The position numbers were made by a program, and so were the translations under genes. The notes under the pieces are model-generated. The model was not told where the DNA came from, did not search any database, and saw only the letters and a program-made list of their open reading frames with translations. DNA of 28,799 bases from Macrostomum lignano (lineage: Eukaryota), in NCBI GenBank assembly GCA_002269645.1, contig NIVC01002557.1, positions 1 through 28,799 on the forward strand. The letters run 5' to 3'. How positions within the stretch are numbered: position 1 is the stretch's first letter; each line of letters starts with the position of its first letter. Below, in pieces: positions 21,028 through 28,799 of the stretch.

Positions 21028-21383
21028 GCAATCCCCCGTAAGCCTCGACATCTCAGCGACTCCCTCGTGAGCACTGAAATCTCAGTAATTCCCCAGTAAG
21101 CCTTGACATCTCAGCAATTCCCCTAGTAAGCACCCCCCAAATAGCAAGCACCCCAGACAGCAAGCATCCCCCTGATAGCAAGCATCCCCCTGATAGCAAG
21201 CATCCCCCTGATAGCAAGCATCCCCTTGATAGCAAGCATCCCCCAGATAGCAAGCATCCCCCTCGATAGCAAGCATCCCCCTCTATAGCAAGCATCCCCC
21301 AGATAAGCAGGCATCCACCAGATAGCAAGCATCCACCAGATAGCAAGCATCCCCCAGATAGCAAGCATCCCCCAGATAGCAAG
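21028..21383. repeat. Compound ~30-bp/18-bp minisatellite (copy 2)
   Basis: Matches 10134-10489 except for two compensating C-run indels. Confidence 0.95.
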
Positions 21384-21586
21384 TAGCTAGTGCAACAATT
21401 TCCTCAGCTAGTGCTAATTCCTTTCTCAGCTAGCGCTTCAGAGACTGATTGAGCTGGCTTGTTGACGATGGAGAATCCATGGCGCAGGCCAACACGGAGA
21501 AACTCCGCATTCAAATCGCAGGCTCCCAGGCTGATGACGAGAGTGACAAGGTCGAGGCCAGCGGCTGGATTGGCGACTGAGATGTC

Positions 21587-21676
21587 GGCTGAGACTGAGA
21601 CTGTCCGAGTGAGGCTGAGACTGAGACTGTCCGAGTGAGGCTGAGACTGAGACTGTCCGAGTGATACTGAGACTGT
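21587..21676. repeat. 26-bp tandem repeat x3 (copy 2)
   Basis: Matches 10693-10782. Confidence 0.95.
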
Positions 21677-23820
21677 TCTCTGCTATGAGAATGAGTGAAG
21701 CTGACGTGTTCAAAACAGCCAGAGTTTGCCATGATGCTGTCAGTGTTGCATCCTGCTTTCAGGCGCTATTGAACCAAGGAGTGCTGACACTGCCCTCAAT
21801 TAGAAGGTTGATTTCGATCTCTAGTCCTCTTTCTGTGGACCCTGGTGTCTGACGAGCGGTACATTCACCTGCAAAGTAAGGAACTGCCGATCGCAGAGTG
21901 CAGCGTGAATCTAATACTCGATGAGATTCATCCTAACATAACATGCGTATTGAATCTTCCACTGGAAGAGTGGACTCATTCACCAAGAAAGAATTTATTT
22001 TAATAGAAGTAAAATAACTGCAATAATGATGCAATTAGTTTAATTTCCAAGTCCATATACTAATTTGAACTCAAAATTAGTCGTTGCTCAGCTTTAAACA
22101 GAAAAAGCACTGCGGGAATGGAATTCAATGGGAATTCCTATACTCCTATAATCCTATACGCGTATTTTCAACTCGGCCCGGTTATGTTAAAGTCCAAAAA
22201 AGTCTTCAATTCCATACGAGTGTACATGTAAGCTAGTACATTTCTACGAGTATGCTTGAACAGTGCTTCGAAAGCCTTGAAGTACTGATAGTGAGCAGCC
22301 CTGGAAAGGGAAGGGAAGGAAGAGGAGCAGAGAGGAGTAGAAAAGTAAGGGGGATTGTATCGAGCTGTTGAGACGAGCTTGCACTTTGTAAACCGTTAAC
22401 TGGGACCCAAGCAGAAGCTGGAACTGTGCCTTCACTGCCCGCGGATGGCTTCCCGACTCCTCCAATCCCAACCCCTCAGCCCCGACCCCCGCTTCAACTT
22501 GCGATACGCTTGTGGTCACAAGTTGCCAAAAAGTCACGCAACTCTCTCACTATCTTACTAAATAATCTTTCTGACCTGATTATTTGCAAAACAGGCCGCA
22601 GAATACTGTAATTCTTAACCCATGGGTATCTGGGTTTGGGTTGGCGGTTTTCAATGTTGCTGAGTTATCTGAGTATATATTCTATGAATATGATTAAGTT
22701 AACAGAAAAGAATGAACCGTCTCGAGTGTGCGGAAAGAAGCAAATACTCGTAAATTTTGGTCAAATTTCTAATTTCAATGGATGTTAACAAAATGTGGGA
22801 GTGCTACTAACTTTGCTCGAAAAATCTGCGCATTTGGAATACTCTGTCACGACTCACGAGTGAAGGCAGTGGTAATAGTAATATAGTATGGAGGTCAGGC
22901 TGGCAAAGGTGAGCCACATATTCAGATTTTAGCTTCGCCAGCAATTATGTAACACAGCGCTGGCCAAGCCCAAAACGATTGCGTAGATCGTACCAATGCT
23001 ATGTATAAGCTTTGTAGCGAGGCCTGTGACTAACAAAAGACAGACATGAATGGCAGGCTTGTGCAATGCATTGCATGATTACAATACAATATGTTAAACC
23101 CACTAACCAGAAAAGCCTGGGGATCAAGCAGATGAAGTTTGAATCCGAGTGTACAGGCTGACAGAGGAAAGCTCTTATGCGACCTTGGCGCCAGCCAATA
23201 GCAGCTGGGCGGCCGCACATTTCGTGATCAGTGTACGCACAACCCGCTGTACACTCTGGAATGAACACACTCGCTCATTCCTCTCTTGTTACCCACCCGC
23301 CCTTCATTTAAGACCGCACACGGCCTGCCCCATAGCCTTGCATTCAGTTCTTCCCTTCCTCAGTCTGCCGCGAGCCAGGGAAGTTTGCGGAACCGGTTTG
23401 GCTCTTTGACCGAGAGGAAGGCGAGGAAAGTTACAAGCTTCTTGACCGCGAAGTGAGCTGAAGGCTCAAGGTAATCGATTCTGTTTTTCGAATTTTCAGC
23501 TTCAATCTTTTTATTTGTAAGCTTTAAGATTTGTAATGCATTAATACTGGGCCTAAGAATCAGCAACCGTTTTTTGTTATTTCATCAGAATTAATAGCAG
23601 TTTGAGTGACCAGTCCGACACGAACGGAACAAAAACTGACTGAGCTTTCGATCAGCTAAATGGGGTACTTGTGGAGTGAACTCCACTTGCGCACTCCAAA
23701 GACTCAAATGCCAATGCTTTTATAAACTGTCACCTCAGCTGAGCGAGCCCGGATGCGCTGGACTCGCCTTCGGACTGCCACCCCGGCCCTGCCGGCACCC
23801 CGGTGAGAACCCAGGTTGGC

Positions 23821-24868
23821 ATGGACGAGGGCATTTCGGAGCCCGCGCTGCCGCAGGCCAGGGACAGCAGCGGCTGCCCGGCTGGAGACTGCGGCTCCAG
23901 CAGCGAGGGCTACGCCACATCGCAGGACAGCCTCGTGGCCTCCTCGGAGACGCTCAGCTTTGCCAGCGAGGACGCGCCGAGCGATGAGGCACAGAAGCTG
24001 GACAGTCTGAGTCTGGCGCTGCAGGAGCTGCGCTACGAGAAGCTTCCCCCACCGCAGCCGCTGGCCATTCAGACTCAACGCCAGAAGCCGGTCGGTGCTA
24101 GCAAGCAGCTGCAGCAGCAGCGTCGCTCCTCTTCCATGAAGTCCCAGAAGACGCCGCCGGGCACGCCGAACCAGATGAAGAAGGTCGTCCGCTTTGCCGA
24201 TGCGTTCGGGCTCGACCTGGCTTACGTGAAGCACGTTTTCGATACCGAGAACCCGCCGGTGATCCCACCGCAGGCTACTCGGGACCTTGATTTGCCCGAA
24301 GCTACAGCTGCCGCGATCTCCCGTCTCCGGTGAGCCGCGAATTCTGTGTTCCCAATTATTTCATTTCTATAACTCGCTTTCTAATAAACTGCATTGAAGC
24401 AGGCCGGAGCCTCTTGAGCGACGCCTGTTCAGTAGCCCATGCTTCGCTCAGCCCGGTGGCTGCGCCAGCTTCATGTCGCGCGTGCTGGCCCAGCGGGTGG
24501 TGCTGGAGCGGGCGAGCGCTACGCAGCCCAGCGGTCGCATTCACGGCCTCGTGCGCGTGGCCAACCTGGGCTTCGAGAAGTCCGTGATGGCTCACGCTAC
24601 CTTCGATGGCTGGCGCAGCTGCATCGACGTGCCCGCCGTCTATGTCGAGGGCTCCAGCACCGGCGCCACGGACCAGTTTTCATTCACACTGCCGCTGCCG
24701 CAGAGTTTCGGCGTGGGCGACCGGGTCTTCCTCTGCGTTCGCTACTGCATCGGCGGAGAGACCTTCTGGGACAACAACTTCGGCGAGAACTACGCCTTCG
24801 ACTGCTTCGCTGTCAACACCGTCAGCGGCGGCGGCACCACCGGGCCCGCCTGCTCGCGTTTTTTGTGA
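23821..24868 (+). CDS. PPP1R3: PP1 glycogen-targeting subunit, PPP1R3/CBM21 family (copy 2)
   Basis: Exons 23821-24329 and 24403-24868. The translation is identical to copy 1. Confidence 0.95.
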
Positions 24869-26085
24869 GCTGCAGGCAGGGCTCAAGCTCAAGTGACCAA
24901 CCCTCCCGAATCCCATCCCTAGTGCCCTAACAGATTCAGAATCTCCTCATGCGAAATATGTCGCTGTGATGTTAAATGCGATGATTTCGTTTCGAGTCGA
25001 ATCTTACTTGAATTTCTCCCCCACCCTCCATATTATTTCCCTCTTCTGCTCCATAAAAATGTCTGGCCCTTGTAAAATTAATTTCCCGAGTTGTCCTTCA
25101 GCCCTGGTGAATGACTTTCAGTATCACGAGTTTTAGCTTTACAGGCTGAGGCGCTCGCAGCAGCCACAGAGCATCGCAGCTCTGAGCTACTCGATGCATC
25201 CTCATTGTTCCGGTCAGCTTCCTATAGTTTCCCGCCCCAGTCTTGCCATTGGTGTGACCTCATTTAACCTCGTCTGTACGAAGCCATCAACGCGTATAAC
25301 TCTTCATTAACACTCAGTGTGGCTCTTGCGAATAGTTCAATGTTTACCAATGATGCAGGACGAAACGGACTGCAACTTGTTTACCCCCCAAGTGTTGGCC
25401 AACTGCTCTTTAAATTGAATTTTTCGGCCTTAGGCTGAGTCCTATTAGATTTTCTGTCTACAAAATACAAATAGTTTTTTTTACTGTTGTTCTTTCATGA
25501 TTTTTGCTCTTGCCTCAAGCAGCAGAGCGTCGCTCATCGCTCCTCATGTTGGGCTCGATATTGGCCCGCACCGCTTAGCTCCCGATTCGCTCAAATTATC
25601 TAGCCCCTCATCTTTTCTCATTCTGCCTAAAACAGTGTATTCTGAGCATAGCAACTAGGGTTAGGGTCTCTATTTTTAATAGTCGCTTGCTCGAGGCTGC
25701 CACGGCTTCAATGACATCGAGTTCGGAAGCTTTATTTAGTTCTGAAACTCGTTTCGAAATTGACTCCATAATTTTCCCTGTAGACAAATCAGTATGGTTC
25801 AGCTCTCAAGAAGCAACTTGGTACGCATTTTAGGGAGCTCAGCTTATTCATTTTTGTACTAGAAATGTAGAAATTAGGCATTAGTAGGTGCGCACCTAGG
25901 TTGGCTCATTGGACTGTGCCCAGCGCTCCCTTCATTGCGTGAAAATACACAGAATAGCCTAGCTGTGTTGCTTGCCGAGTATTTTGCTAAGCCTCCGCGA
26001 GCAAAAATCGAAAACGCTTCCAAGCGAACAAGTTGTTGCCTTGCTAAATTGCTTTGTTCTTCAACACTGTCCCTGACTTTATCAC

Positions 26086-26883
26086 TTTCACTGACTTTCT
26101 GCCTCCTCCACCGACTCTTGCCTTCTTCACCGACTCTTGCCTTCTTCACCGACTCTTGCCTTCTTCACCGACTCTTTGCCTCCTTCACCGACTCTTGCCT
26201 TCTTCACCGACTCTTTGCCTCCTTCACCGACTCTTGCCTTCTTCACCGACTCTTTGCCTCCTTCACCGACTCTTGGCCTCCCTCACCGACTCTTGCCTTC
26301 TTCACCGACTCTTTGCCTCCTTCACCGACTTTTTACCTTCTTCACCGACTCTTGCCTTCTTCACCGACTCTTGCCTTCTTCACCGACTCTTGGCCACCTT
26401 CACCGACTCTTGGCCTCCTTCACCGACTCTTGCCTTCTTCACTGACTTTCTGCCTCCTCCACCGACTCTTGCCTTCTTCACCGACTCTTTGCCTCCTTCA
26501 CCGACTTTTTACCTTCTTCACCGACTCTTGCCTTCTTCACCGACTCTTGCCTTCTTCACCGACTTTTTACCTTCTTCACCGACTCTTGCCTTCTTCACTG
26601 ACTTTCTGCCTCCTCCACCGACTCTTGCCTTCTTCACCGACTCTTGCCTTCTTCACCGACTTTTTACCTTCTTCACCGACTCTTGCCTTCTTCACCGACT
26701 CTTGCCTTCTTCACCGACTCTTGCCTTCTTCACCGACTCTTTGCCTCCTTCACCGACTCTTGCCTTCTTCACCGACTTTTTACCTTCTTCACCGACTCTT
26801 GCCTTCTTCAGCGACTCTTGCCTTCTTCACCGACTCTTGCCTTCTTCACCGACTCTTTGCCTCCTTCACCGACTCTTGGCCAC
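26086..26883. repeat. 19/20-bp minisatellite (copy 2)
   Basis: Same length as 15193-15990, and the ORF-track translations across it are identical. Confidence 0.98.
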
Positions 26884-27803
26884 TTAGCCAACTTCAACGA
26901 CTCTTAGTCAACTTTACCACCAACTCTTGGCCTCTGTCACCAACTTTTAACCACCCCAATAGCCTCATCAACTCATGAGGAGGTTGACTTGTTCTCACTT
27001 TTCATATAACTCCTTGGCGCTGCAGTGATCTCTAGTCACTTCTTTGACAACTCACTGATAGGAGCGTATGTTAAATATTATATTTTAATCCTTAGGTTTA
27101 TGTCACCTTAACACCCTTAGAATCTTCGAAAATTTCCCTCAGAAACGCTAATGACTGTTTTCCCATTCAGGATCCGCTGAAAGCAGAATCGTTAATTCGA
27201 ATAATGTTAGATTCGTTCCAAAGAAAAAATCCATCAATTTTGGTCTTGAAGTCGCAGATAAAACCAAAGAGAGCTGCAAAACTGCAGCGGCTGCTTGCTG
27301 CTTGCGATCTCTTATAGACGGCTTAAAGAGCTCTTAAAATGCTAAATGTATGTACAGTCGAGCCGTCTCAGCTACTGCAAACTGATCACTCGCATAAGAG
27401 GCACTTCGCTTACATTCCTAAGCCATGTGTAAACTTAGAAATGAGAAAAAGCTACAGAAATAAAAATGCTGCAATAAGAGATACAAACAAAGGGAAATAA
27501 CTCAAAGCGGGCTCGTCAGCACCTCACTCAAGATGCACCAAAATACGCATGAAAGCTAGTGAACAAACTGAGGAGAATAGGCTTGCAGGCTCAACTGCAC
27601 AGTCATTCCTCAACAGCTAATAACACGCTAATAGCAGAATGGTAAACTAAAGAAAGTTTCCGTGCATATTTACATGCATATACATTTATACACTTACTTT
27701 CCCTGTACTTAATCTATGAGCGGCGTGAAGCTTTGGCATTTGTGGTGTAAATTATTTCGCCTCGAAGATGCATTCCTCAGCCTGCAGGAAATGCACAACC
27801 GTA

Positions 27804-28674
27804 TCACGGGGTCCTGAGGCACCGCGTCAACAACTCCGCGAGACAGTTTCGAAGTCTATTGAGAACGCCATTCACACCTTCACCGGCCTTGACGCTGAAT
27901 TCCTCCCTCCCGAGTCCTTGAGCCTCCACGTTTGCCGTCTGGTTGCGGAGGACGCAGCTACAGTTACTGCCTTCTGAATCTTGGAATCCGAGACGCTTAT
28001 CCCGCCTTCCTGATTCACAATCACAAAGCTGTTCTCATTGTCCGCTTCATCACTGACAGGAGTCTTCACTGTCTCGTAGACATCAGCCGCAGGTGGCAGT
28101 GCCACGGCCAAGACGGTTTGCCCCGACATCCGGTCTGAATCACTGCAGCTCATCTCGGCGGTAGTGCCACCCGCTGCGGGAGTTGCATAGCTGGTTGGCT
28201 TGCTCACACCACTGCAGCCGCTGCTGCAGATGGTGATGCAGATGGAATGCTGGCTGGTTCCTTCGCGACTGTTGGACGCCACCCGAGCTGACTGGCTGGC
28301 TGCCAAAGAAGAAAGCTCGGCCTCTACCGATGCGGTCCTGTAGCCACTGCTGCCGTGACTGCGCCCTGCGGTTGAGGCGTCCTAGAGGTGCTGCAGAGCG
28401 GCAGGTAGGTCCAGGATGACTGGTGCAGCCGTCTGGGCCTCTGCTGCGGCTGCCGCTTACGGAGCAGTAGGCGGGATTTCTGAATGTCGTAGCGGACGAT
28501 GCCGACCGATTTCCAAGTTGATGTTGAAGCTGAGGTCTTTGCCTTGTGGCGCGTCGGTGACCGGCTTTTAATCGGCATGTCCGCCCTCTGCTTCACTGCT
28601 GCTGGCATTAGCGGAGATGCTGTGCGCACTGAGCTGCACCGCTGCTCTGATCGAACGAAGCTTCTTGAACTCAT
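27804..28674 (-). CDS. Orphan low-complexity protein (gene X), 290 aa if two apparent -1 frameshifts are corrected (copy 2, native 5-prime end)
   Basis: ATG at 28674 (MSSRSFVRSEQRCSSVRTAS), preceded by an in-frame TAG and an acceptor-like tttccctcag| at 28706/28705. Relative to the open copy 1, single bases are missing at about 27947 (GGG to GG) and 28378 (CC to C). Coding status rests on ORF length and composition only. Confidence 0.55.
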
Positions 28675-28799
28675 GCTCGACTATACCGCTCTGTGTAGCG
28701 GCGTGCTGAGGGAAATTGGCTTCTACTTTTAATAGACAAAAGCCAACTTCTAGCCATAGACAAGTTAACCCTTTGTATGTTCTAGAAATCGGTCTGTTT

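Larger units (their letters stand above)
17772..28665 (+). repeat. Tandem segmental duplication, copy 2 (about 10.89 kb, includes an extra 263 bp)
   Basis: Near-identical to 7142-17774. Unique sequence resumes at 28666 (tgaactcatg). Confidence 0.99.

Overview
Eukaryotic (metazoan, probably invertebrate) genomic DNA. The evidence is GT-AG introns of 73-268 nt, a TTLL7 tubulin polyglutamylase, a PP1 glycogen-targeting subunit and a Ly6/three-finger-type surface protein. The style would fit a free-living flatworm, but the species cannot be determined from the sequence. About 75% of the window is a near-identical head-to-tail duplication (7142-17774 and 17772-28665) with a 3-bp TCT microhomology at the junction. 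Each unit carries a 4-exon minus-strand gene for a secreted, membrane-anchored protein with two 8-Cys three-finger-like domains (fragmented in the ORF track), a spliced PPP1R3-family gene, three minisatellites and most or all of an orphan 290-aa ORF. The junction cuts the start off one copy of that orphan and fuses it to a copy of the TTLL7 upstream region. The copies differ by a structured 263-bp indel just upstream of the three-finger gene, one substitution and six single-base homopolymer indels (found by eye). Left of the duplication are an uninterrupted TTLL7 CDS (4441-6867, minus), a 1.8-kb AT-rich block with a single CpG, and exons of a partial minus-strand gene whose intron is a 34-bp minisatellite of repeated splice acceptors. 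No rRNA, tRNA, CRISPR array or autonomous transposon ORF was recognised.
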